A model generated the notes under the pieces. The model saw nothing but the letters and a program-made list of their open reading frames with translations, did not search any database and was not told the origin of the DNA. Below, one piece after another: positions 9,461-19,221 of a stretch of 64,000 bases of DNA; positions within the stretch are counted from its first letter, which is position 1, and the number at the start of each line of letters is the position of its first letter. The DNA comes from Candidatus Ryanbacteria bacterium CG10_big_fil_rev_8_21_14_0_10_43_42 (GTDB taxonomy: Bacteria; Patescibacteriota; Minisyncoccia; Ryanbacterales; 2-02-FULL-48-12). The stretch lies in contig PFEF01000003.1 in assembly GCA_002793915.1 (NCBI GenBank), forward strand, positions 18,854 to 82,853, given 5' to 3'. A program made the position numbers and the translations under genes.

Positions 9461-9532
9461 CGGTCTGTAGCTCAATGGTAGAGCGCTGAGCTTATACCTC
9501 AGTGGTTGTAGGTTCGATCCCTACCAGACCGA
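9461..9532 (+). tRNA. tRNA-Ile(UAU)
   Basis: Acceptor CGGTCTG/CAGACCG, anticodon arm CTGAG-CTTATAC-CTCAG, T-arm GTAGGTTCGATCCCTAC, A discriminator. Confidence 0.92.
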
Positions 9533-9533
9533 C

Positions 9534-9559
9534 AAAAAACTCCCTTTCGGGAGCTTTTT
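9534..9559. terminator. Bidirectional terminator between tRNA-Ile and ftsH
   Basis: AAAAAA-CTCCC-TTTC-GGGAG-CTTTTT between convergent genes. Confidence 0.7.
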
Positions 9560-9565
9560 ACTTTC

Positions 9566-11440
9566 TTATACCGCCTGCGCCGGCGAAATACCCATAATTT
9601 TATTAAACATATCGCGTTCGATAGTTTCGTGTTCCAGCAAATATTCAGCAATTTCGGCAAGTTTTCCTTTCTTTTCTTTGAGTATTGTTTGCGCCTTTAC
9701 AAGAGCTTCTTTCATAAAACGCGATACTTCCGTATCCACCTGTGAAGCAACTTCCTCCGAATATTTTTTCTCATGCCCAATGTCGCGTCCGAGAAATACC
9801 ATGTCGCTTTGATCATCCCAGGCAACCGGACCTATTTTTTCAGACATACCGTACCGTGTTACCAAACTGCGCGCTATAGAAGTTGCCTTGCGGATATCGT
9901 CGGATGATCCGGTAGTAAGCTCGCCAAATATAAACTCTTCAGCCGCATACCCTCCAAGAGAAACCGCCAATTCGTCCAAGAAGTGATCTTTTGAGTAGTA
10001 ATGTTTGTCTTCCGTTGGTAATTTCATAGTATATCCGCCGGCACGCCCACGAGATATAATGGAAATTTTATGCACGGGATCCGTATTGGGAAGCGACGCC
10101 GCCACCAGCGCGTGCCCCGCTTCGTGATATGCCGTAATTTTTTTCTCTTTGTCTGAAAATACCTTACTTTTACGCTCCGGTCCGAGAAGTACTTTTTCTA
10201 TAGATGTAAGAACGTCCATTTGATTCACCTCCTTTCTGTTTTCACGCGCCGCCGCTATAGCCGCTTCATTTACAAGATTTGCCAAATCGGCTCCGGAAAA
10301 TCCGGGCGTACGCTCCGCAATACGACGCAAATCAATATCGCCCGCCATATGCTTTTTTATCACGTGCACCGCTAAAATAGCTTCTCTGTCTTTAATATCG
10401 GGCAAATCAAGAACAACCCTTCTATCAAACCGTCCCGGGCGAAGAAGCGCCGGATCAAGCACGTCCGGACGGTTCGTTGCCGCCATTACAATTACTTGGT
10501 CTGATGTTTCAAATCCATCCATTTCGGTAAGGATCTGGTTAAGCGTTTGTTCACGCTCATCATGTCCGCCACCGAGACCTGCACCACGATGACGCCCCAC
10601 CGCATCAATTTCGTCTACGAATATAATAGAGGGAGCGGTCTTCTTCGCGGTACGAAACAAATCCCGTACACGACTTGCGCCCACACCCACAAACATTTCA
10701 ACAAATTCGGAAGCCGACATATGAAAAAACGGCACGCCAGCCTCTCCCGCAACCGCTTTTGCAAGCAGTGTTTTTCCCGTACCGGGACTTCCCATAAGAA
10801 GTACTCCGCGCGGAATGCGAGCACCGATATCCAAAAATTTCTTCGGATTTTTAAGAAAATCCACAATTTCTTCAAGTTCCTCCTTTGCTTCTGCGGATCC
10901 GGCAACATCCTTGAATGTAACACGATCTCCTTTTTTATCCTGCGGATTAATAACGCGTGCCCGCGACTGGCCAAACATCATAGCCTGTCCATTCGAACGC
11001 TGAACCTGCCGCATGGTAAGCCAGATAAATAAACCGATAAGCAAAATAGGAAGGAGAAACGGCAGAACGGTCGCCGCCCAAAACGCAAGTCCCGACGGCT
11101 CCTTTACTTCGATTGTTATGCTTTCCAAAAGCGCCGGACTGACGCCATAATTTACGAGCGTTTCCGTAAGAGCCGCGTCTGATTCTTTCTTTGTCGTCTG
11201 CACAACCTCATTAACAAGAGTTATTTCAAGCTTATCTTGCTGTACGGTTATACGCTCCACGTCACCAGCCTTGATTTCCGTTACCAGACGGGACAGCGTA
11301 ATTTCCTCCGGCTCCTCGTTGGTTACAAATGAAGCATAGACCGCCGTTAGAATGAAAAAAATTAAAACGGCGTAAAGGATATTCTTTCCGAATAACGTAA
11401 CCGGATTTTTCATTATGGGCTTTTTAATGGGATTTTTCAT
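9566..11440 (-). CDS. ftsH: ATP-dependent zinc metalloprotease FtsH
   Basis: Two TM helices, [44 protein letters not shown] zinc motif. Confidence 0.98.
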   Translation of the reverse strand: MKNPIKKPIMKNPVTLFGKNILYAVLIFFILTAVYASFVTNEEPEEITLSRLVTEIKAGDVERITVQQDKLEITLVNEVVQTTKKESDAALTETLVNYGVSPALLESITIEVKEPSGLAFWAATVLPFLLPILLIGLFIWLTMRQVQRSNGQAMMFGQSRARVINPQDKKGDRVTFKDVAGSAEAKEELEEIVDFLKNPKKFLDIGARIPRGVLLMGSPGTGKTLLAKAVAGEAGVPFFHMSASEFVEMFVGVGASRVRDLFRTAKKTAPSIIFVDEIDAVGRHRGAGLGGGHDEREQTLNQILTEMDGFETSDQVIVMAATNRPDVLDPALLRPGRFDRRVVLDLPDIKDREAILAVHVIKKHMAGDIDLRRIAERTPGFSGADLANLVNEAAIAAARENRKEVNQMDVLTSIEKVLLGPERKSKVFSDKEKKITAYHEAGHALVAASLPNTDPVHKISIISRGRAGGYTMKLPTEDKHYYSKDHFLDELAVSLGGYAAEEFIFGELTTGSSDDIRKATSIARSLVTRYGMSEKIGPVAWDDQSDMVFLGRDIGHEKKYSEEVASQVDTEVSRFMKEALVKAQTILKEKKGKLAEIAEYLLEHETIERDMFNKIMGISPAQAV

Positions 11441-11534
11441 GAATTATGTTATGTGAATTAATCAATAGAAACATACAGATAAAACGTCTCTGTTATACTC
11501 CAGGGTACAATTATTGTACCACAATGGCAAGGAT

Positions 11535-13040
11535 TTATCGTAATTCTTTTTCTATATCGATCTCCGCCATTTCCGCCAAATCTGATTTTTGAGGCTGATT
11601 TTTTCGAAGCGCCGAAGATAATTTGGCAAGTATAATTCCTACCTCCGGGACAACTCCCATTGACGATGTGGCGATTCCCTTTCGAAATACAAGTTTAAAG
11701 ATACGCGGTACCCCTTGAGCAATGCTACTGCCGAAACGCGGCACGGAATCTACAATAAGAAACTCGCCATCATTTTTTATATCTTCCATGAATATACCCG
11801 CCCGGATATATGTAAGTTCGCTTGTTTCATGATTATATCTGTAAATTCCCGTTTGCAGAGGAAGCGTCATTTTCTGTATACCATGCGGCACAAGAGCGAT
11901 ATGCGATAGTGGCAAACGTTGCTTTATCGCCGCATTTACTTTTTCAAAATCGAATTGAACATCAATGCCAAGGTGCGCCGCTATATGGAAAAACTCCATG
12001 GGCGGTACTCCCTGCATCATCAACATTTGCGAGTGCATAGGAAATGCTCCGGTAAAGCGCGGATTACATTCTATAGGATACAGGTCATGTGTTTCTTTGT
12101 TGTAAATAAAATCAATACCAAAAACTCCCTTGTATCCCTTACGTGATAGGTATAATCCTATTTCCTCTACAATATGCTGTGCCGTTTTTACCGTTTCATC
12201 CGGCCATGAATGAAAAATCCAATCATTACCAAGAAATGTTCCCGTTGCCGCACTCCCGTGTAATGATTCCGGTACATCTATTAACTGCAACTGCAAGGTA
12301 GACGTAAGAACGCCGCGCGCCGTAACGCATCCAAGCATGGAAGGCGCAAAACCTTCTATAAAAGGAGAGATGAGAATCTCATTGAAACGATTATCACCGG
12401 AAAGAATATCTCGGCACATATGCCAATCATCCTTCGTATGCAAAAAGAATGTTCCCAAATTACCACTCACTTCAAGATCCGCTCGCTGAACCACCACCGA
12501 TGTTTGCCACTTACCATGCAAATCATCATATGATAACTTCAAAAACTCTTCGCGGGACATGCGCCATTCCGGCATAGTAGGAAGTTTTAGCTGTTTTATA
12601 AGATCACGAAACTCCCCTTTAAGCTGTGTTCCCTCATAGTTTTTTGGCGTATTACCTATCCAATCAATACCAAGCTTATCAAGCGTTTCCGCAGTTCGCC
12701 TAGTTGCTAAATTAATCATGAGCCGGTAGGGTTTTTTCCACGATTTGAGAAATCCTTGAAATATATAATTATTCACCAGATAACCAAGGGCATGTACTTT
12801 AGCGGCAATCCGCGGATGATGTTCTTCCAGACAAAAAATCTTTGCATGTTTCCGCAACATGTCCAAATCGACACTGTCTTTGACGCAATAAATAGCGTAG
12901 TTATCGAGAAAAAGCGCCGGTATAATACGATTATACGGCTCTATCCCTACAGCTATAATTGTTTTTTCCTGCATGTTCTTCAGTACATCTCCCAGATTAT
13001 GAATATACTTTTGCCATGCCAAGAAGCGTGTCTTGTCCAT
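11535..13040 (-). CDS. ATP-grasp domain protein (putative amide/peptide ligase)
   Basis: ATP-grasp signature GYKGVFGIDFI...YPIECNPRFTG. Substrate unknown. Confidence 0.75.
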   Translation of the reverse strand: MDKTRFLAWQKYIHNLGDVLKNMQEKTIIAVGIEPYNRIIPALFLDNYAIYCVKDSVDLDMLRKHAKIFCLEEHHPRIAAKVHALGYLVNNYIFQGFLKSWKKPYRLMINLATRRTAETLDKLGIDWIGNTPKNYEGTQLKGEFRDLIKQLKLPTMPEWRMSREEFLKLSYDDLHGKWQTSVVVQRADLEVSGNLGTFFLHTKDDWHMCRDILSGDNRFNEILISPFIEGFAPSMLGCVTARGVLTSTLQLQLIDVPESLHGSAATGTFLGNDWIFHSWPDETVKTAQHIVEEIGLYLSRKGYKGVFGIDFIYNKETHDLYPIECNPRFTGAFPMHSQMLMMQGVPPMEFFHIAAHLGIDVQFDFEKVNAAIKQRLPLSHIALVPHGIQKMTLPLQTGIYRYNHETSELTYIRAGIFMEDIKNDGEFLIVDSVPRFGSSIAQGVPRIFKLVFRKGIATSSMGVVPEVGIILAKLSSALRKNQPQKSDLAEMAEIDIEKELR

Positions 13041-13159
13041 AAAAATATACTACTCACATTATGTCATGCTTATATATAAACTTAAACATCACATCATGTG
13101 ATTATACACTGATCCAAATATGATAGTGGGGCAGAATGCGATTGCATCTGCCCCAGAGT

Positions 13160-14056
13160 TTATGCAGCAACTATTTCCACCACGGAAGCGACTGAATGAA
13201 TTTTTTCAATTGGCGGGAGTTGCCCCTTCACCGGGGCGTCAGAAACAAGAAAATGAACTGCCGTCATTGACTCAAGGACCGGGAGGTCGCCATGTTCCTC
13301 CTCCACCGCCTTCCGGTGAACAAAGTAGGATTGTTGATCCTCAATATCCCACACGCGGCCGGTGCCGGTAACACCGTTAAAATACATAACCACCCCGCGG
13401 TGCCATTGATCGCTTTTCGGATTTGGCACCTCCGGCGGATTCCAAGCTACAGCGGGCACCTTATGTTTTTGCATAACTTTCTCGATGCTTTCCGCGGCAT
13501 ATCTGGTAACCAGATCGCCAACTTGGTCCCATATGCCGGAGAACGAAGCTCCCGGATAGGCGTTAGACGCTTCTAACGCCACCACGTCATACCCGCCGCG
13601 CTTTTTAACGGCTTGACCAAGGAAAATCTTCTCAACGTATTGAAAAAACTTTCCCCTCCAAGTGACAATTGACCATTCTTCCTGGACAAACGATCCATCC
13701 TTGTAGATCGTTAGAAGATCTACATTATCTTTCCCTGTTTCCCGAGTATGTGGAATGTCTACACCGCGATATCCTTGACTCCATCGGACCGGCACTGCCA
13801 TGGTAAAGGACGTCTGTCCCGTTACCTTTTTTGGTTCTCCTTCCTTTCGAGCATTAAACCAAAAGCGTTCTACTACGGGTTCATCCTCTTCACGCCCGCT
13901 GGTATCCACCGTAAAGATGATTTTATCTGGCGTTCTCCCGGTGAGCATAATCTTTCGCCACATCGCTTCACCGCTTGATGTGGAATAAGCATTCCGGGTT
14001 CCGGCAAAATCGCTAACCGTCATGGTCACTCCATGGAAATTAATCGAAGAATTCAT
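13160..14056 (-). CDS. Hypothetical protein with C-terminal cold-shock (OB-fold)-like domain
   Basis: GVVMYFNGVTGTG...YFVHRKAV...VHF parallels the CSD pattern GxVKWFN...FVH. AAGGAG SD before ATG 14056. Confidence 0.65.
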   Translation of the reverse strand: MNSSINFHGVTMTVSDFAGTRNAYSTSSGEAMWRKIMLTGRTPDKIIFTVDTSGREEDEPVVERFWFNARKEGEPKKVTGQTSFTMAVPVRWSQGYRGVDIPHTRETGKDNVDLLTIYKDGSFVQEEWSIVTWRGKFFQYVEKIFLGQAVKKRGGYDVVALEASNAYPGASFSGIWDQVGDLVTRYAAESIEKVMQKHKVPAVAWNPPEVPNPKSDQWHRGVVMYFNGVTGTGRVWDIEDQQSYFVHRKAVEEEHGDLPVLESMTAVHFLVSDAPVKGQLPPIEKIHSVASVVEIVAA

Positions 14057-14093
14057 ATTCTCTCCTTTTGTCAAAGTTTTTTATTCTGGTAAG

Positions 14094-14122
14094 AATTTAT
14101 CATACTTTATTACTTTTGTCAA
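14094..14122 (-). promoter_or_regulatory. Sigma70-type promoter of the 14056 gene
   Basis: TTGACA-17 nt-TAAATT with a TGn extended -10. Confidence 0.6.
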
Positions 14123-14236
14123 TAGAATTCGTCTGTTTCATTCATAAAAACTCTTATTTTTTGGGCATTTTTCAAACTTTATAATGATATTCTCGATAGT
14201 TATGTATATGAACAAAAAAAGCCCGATTAAGGGACT

Positions 14237-14806
14237 TTAGGCGGCAATTTGATACCGATTTTTTATATAATATTTTTTTAATTCGGAAAAAAGGCGCATT
14301 GCCTCCTTCTCCTGCGGCTCCTTTTTTTGGGGCGCGAAAAGCAAAATGCCTCTGTCTCCATATTTTTCAAGAGCTATTGAAATTCCCTCCCGTGAACTCT
14401 TAACATCCACATTAAACCGAAACCCTCCTTCCGCATCGGACGCAAGACCAAAAAAATCAATACCGCGTCTGTCCGGCGCACTTTGTTTTAATGTTTCTTC
14501 AACCCATGCGATAAATCCGTGAGCTTGCAGATATCGAAATAATTCTGCCACATAATCCTGGGACGCCTTTCCTCTTTTCTCTCCCTGAACCTCTTTACAA
14601 AGCGCGACCACCCGCTCCCATTCCCGTTTCCCTTTACACCTCCTGTATATCTTAGGGCCATTGTAATCCTTAACATCATTCGCCTTTATACCCGGGGAAC
14701 TCATGGGCTGTATGGTCATACAAATACTACCTGCGCGTGATGGCGGTACATACACGCATACAGTAGTGCAGATAGTACTCCGCATACTTTCTTCCTGATA
14801 GCACAT
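14237..14806 (-). CDS. Hypothetical protein with PD-(D/E)xK nuclease-like motif
   Basis: PDRRGIDFF...FNVDVKSS. AAGGAGG SD upstream and a terminator-like hairpin at about 14215-14238. Start uncertain. Confidence 0.55.
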   Translation of the reverse strand: MCYQEESMRSTICTTVCVYVPPSRAGSICMTIQPMSSPGIKANDVKDYNGPKIYRRCKGKREWERVVALCKEVQGEKRGKASQDYVAELFRYLQAHGFIAWVEETLKQSAPDRRGIDFFGLASDAEGGFRFNVDVKSSREGISIALEKYGDRGILLFAPQKKEPQEKEAMRLFSELKKYYIKNRYQIAA

Positions 14807-14933
14807 GATCCACGTCCTCCTTTGGAGTATTTGAAGCGATTAATTTGTTTTATGATAACAATTTCATTCCATGACACACTACTGTGGATATCTTTACATG
14901 TCAATATGATCGCAAAATTCCTATACTGTATGT

Positions 14934-17900
14934 ATGGAGAAAAAGAGAAAATCGTTCATAGATGGACGGGACGCCCTTAATATACTTAGGGAAGCGTTTA
15001 CGTCCCGTGATAAAAAAACACCACCCTTTTCGGGACATATTGCGGAACTTCAAAAATCACTGCACGGCCCCGAAGCGCATACCGTAGCTATTGATACCGA
15101 GAAAAGCAGTGATACCCTTAACGAAACTCCGCCTTTAACAACCAATCTGGGAGATGTATTTAAAAGGGCAAAACAAAAAGCCGAAAGCAATGCCTCATCT
15201 TCCACGGAAACAAATCCTTCGTTGAAAAACGGAGAATTACCGCCCGAAAAAACACCGGGAGAAAACGCCACCCTGCATAATGCCGCGGCCAGAATATTAC
15301 GCGGGGAAACGCCGCTTCCCCATGAACAAGAGGTTCTTGAAAATGAGCTCGAGAAAGCCGGTATTAATGAGGAAGTCAAGACGGAAAAAGAACTCTCTCC
15401 TGAAAAAAATAGCCCCGGTATCTCTGATAAGGAACGTAATGAATATGTGGACAGATTATTGACTCGCATGAGAAATGGCACCGGAAAGGGGTACGGACAA
15501 GGTCAGGGCGCAGGGCCGGGATATGAAGAAACGTGGTTGCGAGGATGGATGGCGGAACAAATGGCGGAACATGCTAATAGTCCTTCCATACAGGAAGAAA
15601 TACGCGCTATTGGTGAGCGCGCTCTTGCGTTGGAGAAAGAGAAAAAAAACGCTGACGATGCCCCCAAAATGCCCCCCGCTCCCATCCCGGAAACGGATTC
15701 CAAAGAGGTGGTAACATTAGCGGATCATTCTCCAGATACCGAAGAAGACAAAAAAGAAACGGGGAACAATCTTCCCGAAACCATCCTTATAACACCGGAA
15801 AACATTCCCGTACCCGAAGAAAATGCTCTTGCGATCGTACAGGATACTCATCCTAAGTCTGATGCGGTGTCCGAGCAAGTTGATACGCCAATGGAAGAAC
15901 ACCCTCCGGTAAAGGAAGGTCTTAAAAAAACGGAACAAGTTGCATTATTTATCCAAAAATATGATGCATTATTGGAAGCACTGGAGACAAAACGCCCTAC
16001 CGCCGAGGAACAACTTGAACGTCTTGCTCGTGGCATTGCCCAAAGGACGCAATTTAATGTTAGGGAAATTGAACAACGTTTGGCTGATGCGGAAGATGAC
16101 GGAGACAAGGTAATGTACGAAAAAGCAATTGAACTCATTAAGGAAGAAATCACCCCAGACGAAGAATCCTTCGCCCAAGAACATGTAAACGCATCAGAAA
16201 AAAAGGAAGAAGATATACCGGAAAACATTCCCGTACCCGAAGAAAATGCTCTTGCGAGCATAGCGAAAAAAACGGAACATCCTCCGGAACAGCAAGAAGA
16301 ATACTCTCCGATAAAGAAAGAAGACCTACCGGAAAAACCATTACGTGAAGAGAAAGAGGAGGAAGAGAAGGAGAAGGAGGAAGAGAAAATAGCCCGACTT
16401 GGTGTGGCATGGAAAGCCCTTAATGAACAAGTAGAGGAAGAGCGGAAAAAGCAGGAAGACGCGGAAAAGAAACGGAGAACAGATACCACAAAACGGGAGC
16501 AACCACTGGATCCAAATGATCTCCCCTCTGAAAAAAAAGAGCAAACGGATACTCCTAATACCGAAAACATCACGGCACACCGTGAGCAACCGATGTCTCA
16601 CATAACTCCGCGCGTTGAACAAGTGTTTAAAACATCGGGTATTCCGCTTGAACATATTAGGGAGATTCCCGGATATGAAAAGCTCTCCGAGGGACAACTT
16701 ATTCTTCTCTGCCGCAACATACAAGAGATGACTGTTGGTTTTGTGCATCGAGAAGCACATACGCAATTCGAACAGGACGCAAATACATCAGATGCCACGA
16801 AGTGGCTATCGGAAAAAATGGAAAGTTTTATTGACACAAAAGCAAAAAAATATCCGTGGATGGAACAACTTTACAAAGGCCTTGCCATTGGAAGCACGTT
16901 TACACATTTCCTTGGCAACGCATGGCACCGTGCTACGGAAGATGTTCAGCTTGAAAAGCGCCGTGAACATGCCCTTATGAACAAAGAGCTTTTCTTTAAT
17001 GATCCAACTACGAAAAATCATATACGCATACTTGCGGACCGCCTACAGGAAGGACCTGACGTTATTATTCACGGAAAAAATATCGAACTTCATTATTTAT
17101 CAGAAAATATAATGGATCCCTATTGGGAAAAACTTCCCGCTCATGACCGCATTAAGGCAAAAGCCATTCTCACTTCATTTAATAAATCCGTATGGAAATT
17201 CCAAGAAACTCCTTTCGCCAAAGATAAAGAACATAAAAAAGAAAAAGCATTTGTAAAAAACCGCGATAAACTTCTTGCCGTTATCAATAACCCCGATTTT
17301 TCAGCCTACATGACACGCATTGAAGGAGTGGCACGTGAACAAAAATTTCTGCGTAGTAACGAAGACGCCGCTAAGTACCTTGCTTGCGTGGAAGATAAAT
17401 CGGCATTGTGGGCGGCCTACGGAAAGATGGCATTGGAAAGAGGTACGAGCGTCGTACTGGGGCGGACCGTACGGGCCGGCATTAACGGTTTAACCGGTTT
17501 TATTGCATATCCGCTAGCAGGCGCCGCCGGAGCTGCTGTTGCGGGAGTCGGCGTTCATGGTCTTTTGCGCAGGGGACGCGTTCGTCGGGAGGAAACCATT
17601 AAACGCGAACAGGGCGTAACAAATGCACTTCGCCCATATATGAACGCTAGTAATCTTAGTCGTCGTTTCGAAACGCTCCTTTCCCGAACGGAAACAACGA
17701 CGGATAAAAAGAGTCGTGAAAGAAATCTTCTCTTCCTTGAACGACTCGTACACGCCACGGAAGGACGCGCCGAAGAAGGTCTTATTACCTATGGAGAAAA
17801 AGAGAAAGCCGGATCAGTGGAAGTAAACCGTTATGAACTTGGTATGCATATTGCAAAAGCACGCGTTTTACTTGCCCAAGAACATCTTGATAAAGAAAAA

Positions 17901-19169
17901 TCATCCCTGTATCAAAAACGTATTAATGCCCTTTCTAAGGGCTGGGAAAAGAAATTAAAGAAAAAGGAACATGATGCTATTGTAGACCGCGTTAAATATG
18001 CGGCCATGTACAATGCTGTGTTTTCCGTGGCAGGCGCCGCACTAAGCGATACATACGAAACATTTGTTAAGTTAAACGGAAATATAGTGGACACACCCGA
18101 ACTTGCCGCGCCTCGCGCGCCTGCTTCACCACGTTTTTCTTCAACGAACAGTGATATGTCGCCCGAAGAACTCATAACAAAACCCCCTCCTCTGCCTGCG
18201 AATACTTCCCCCGATGATAGTTATCGATATAATCCGGAAGGAAAACGTGATCCATTTTCTGTTCCGGAGACGGTACATAAAGCAATGACCGAAATTCCGG
18301 CAACGGAAGAAGATGCGCGCGAAATAGTCCAAAAAACGCATATGTCGGTCGTTCGTGAGGGGGAAAATGTCTGGCGCGCCACCCGCCGCTTTATTGAAAG
18401 CGATACCCTTACAAATAAGGAATGGGCGGAAGCATGGGGTAATTCTCCCGATATTCATGATAAAGATCTTGTTTATGCCGGAACTGCTGTTGAATATGAT
18501 GCGGGAGAAAAGAAATTTATTGTTTCTCGACATTTGGCGGAAAAAGAACCGACCTCATATGCCGCCCTGGGAGAAAAACCCCCTACCCCATCAGAAACAT
18601 CATCTCATGAAGCGGTGATTGCCGCCCAAAAAGAAGGAGCCGCTATTCTGAAAAGCCCCATCGAAGAAAGCAGTGTGTCATTCAAAGATGCCATTACGCA
18701 TCCGAAAAAATTTGCTGATACATTTAGGGGAGAAAATTTATACGTTCAGGACGCTGTTATTGGTAATATTCAACGCCGTGTAAGCGACTTACGCAGTCTT
18801 GGTGAAAGTCTTTACCAAGAGGAGATCTCCCAGGGAGATGATTTAATGAGCAAACTCCTTTCGAATGCGTCCTACCAAGAAAACCAGAAGCAATGGCTTC
18901 GCCTTCAGTCAATATGGGAGAAAGATCTTACTCTTAAAAAAGAGGCCTTCCACGCATTAATGGAATGGCGGGTTGAGGATTTTCGCTCCATGAAACATGC
19001 TCTCACGGAAGGGCGCACGGAAGGCGGCGCAATCGGCAAAATACTTTATAATCAAATAATGAAAACGGGAGACGGCATACTTAAACTACTGGAAGGCATT
19101 GATAAGCGTATTCCGCGCAACATCCCCGAAGGCACTACCCTTAGTGATGCACTTCGGCGCACCGTTTAG
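14934..19169 (+). CDS. Giant (1411 aa) hypothetical protein with acidic low-complexity N-half, Gly/Ala hydrophobic segment and LysM-like domain
   Basis: Uninterrupted ORF with E/K/P-rich regions, GLTGFIAYPLAGAAGAAVAGVGVHGLL and VVREGENVWRATR...DLVYAGT. Confidence 0.8.
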   Translation: MEKKRKSFIDGRDALNILREAFTSRDKKTPPFSGHIAELQKSLHGPEAHTVAIDTEKSSDTLNETPPLTTNLGDVFKRAKQKAESNASSSTETNPSLKNGELPPEKTPGENATLHNAAARILRGETPLPHEQEVLENELEKAGINEEVKTEKELSPEKNSPGISDKERNEYVDRLLTRMRNGTGKGYGQGQGAGPGYEETWLRGWMAEQMAEHANSPSIQEEIRAIGERALALEKEKKNADDAPKMPPAPIPETDSKEVVTLADHSPDTEEDKKETGNNLPETILITPENIPVPEENALAIVQDTHPKSDAVSEQVDTPMEEHPPVKEGLKKTEQVALFIQKYDALLEALETKRPTAEEQLERLARGIAQRTQFNVREIEQRLADAEDDGDKVMYEKAIELIKEEITPDEESFAQEHVNASEKKEEDIPENIPVPEENALASIAKKTEHPPEQQEEYSPIKKEDLPEKPLREEKEEEEKEKEEEKIARLGVAWKALNEQVEEERKKQEDAEKKRRTDTTKREQPLDPNDLPSEKKEQTDTPNTENITAHREQPMSHITPRVEQVFKTSGIPLEHIREIPGYEKLSEGQLILLCRNIQEMTVGFVHREAHTQFEQDANTSDATKWLSEKMESFIDTKAKKYPWMEQLYKGLAIGSTFTHFLGNAWHRATEDVQLEKRREHALMNKELFFNDPTTKNHIRILADRLQEGPDVIIHGKNIELHYLSENIMDPYWEKLPAHDRIKAKAILTSFNKSVWKFQETPFAKDKEHKKEKAFVKNRDKLLAVINNPDFSAYMTRIEGVAREQKFLRSNEDAAKYLACVEDKSALWAAYGKMALERGTSVVLGRTVRAGINGLTGFIAYPLAGAAGAAVAGVGVHGLLRRGRVRREETIKREQGVTNALRPYMNASNLSRRFETLLSRTETTTDKKSRERNLLFLERLVHATEGRAEEGLITYGEKEKAGSVEVNRYELGMHIAKARVLLAQEHLDKEKSSLYQKRINALSKGWEKKLKKKEHDAIVDRVKYAAMYNAVFSVAGAALSDTYETFVKLNGNIVDTPELAAPRAPASPRFSSTNSDMSPEELITKPPPLPANTSPDDSYRYNPEGKRDPFSVPETVHKAMTEIPATEEDAREIVQKTHMSVVREGENVWRATRRFIESDTLTNKEWAEAWGNSPDIHDKDLVYAGTAVEYDAGEKKFIVSRHLAEKEPTSYAALGEKPPTPSETSSHEAVIAAQKEGAAILKSPIEESSVSFKDAITHPKKFADTFRGENLYVQDAVIGNIQRRVSDLRSLGESLYQEEISQGDDLMSKLLSNASYQENQKQWLRLQSIWEKDLTLKKEAFHALMEWRVEDFRSMKHALTEGRTEGGAIGKILYNQIMKTGDGILKLLEGIDKRIPRNIPEGTTLSDALRRTV

Positions 19170-19221
19170 TTAATTTCGTTTATTTTTGACTTCTCTTTGG
19201 TTTTTTTTCTATAGTGCCTCT

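Noticed and set aside
13128..13155. GGGGCAGA...TCTGCCCC hairpin as a REP element
   Set aside because: I saw only one copy in the window, and it follows a stop codon, so a terminator is the simpler explanation.
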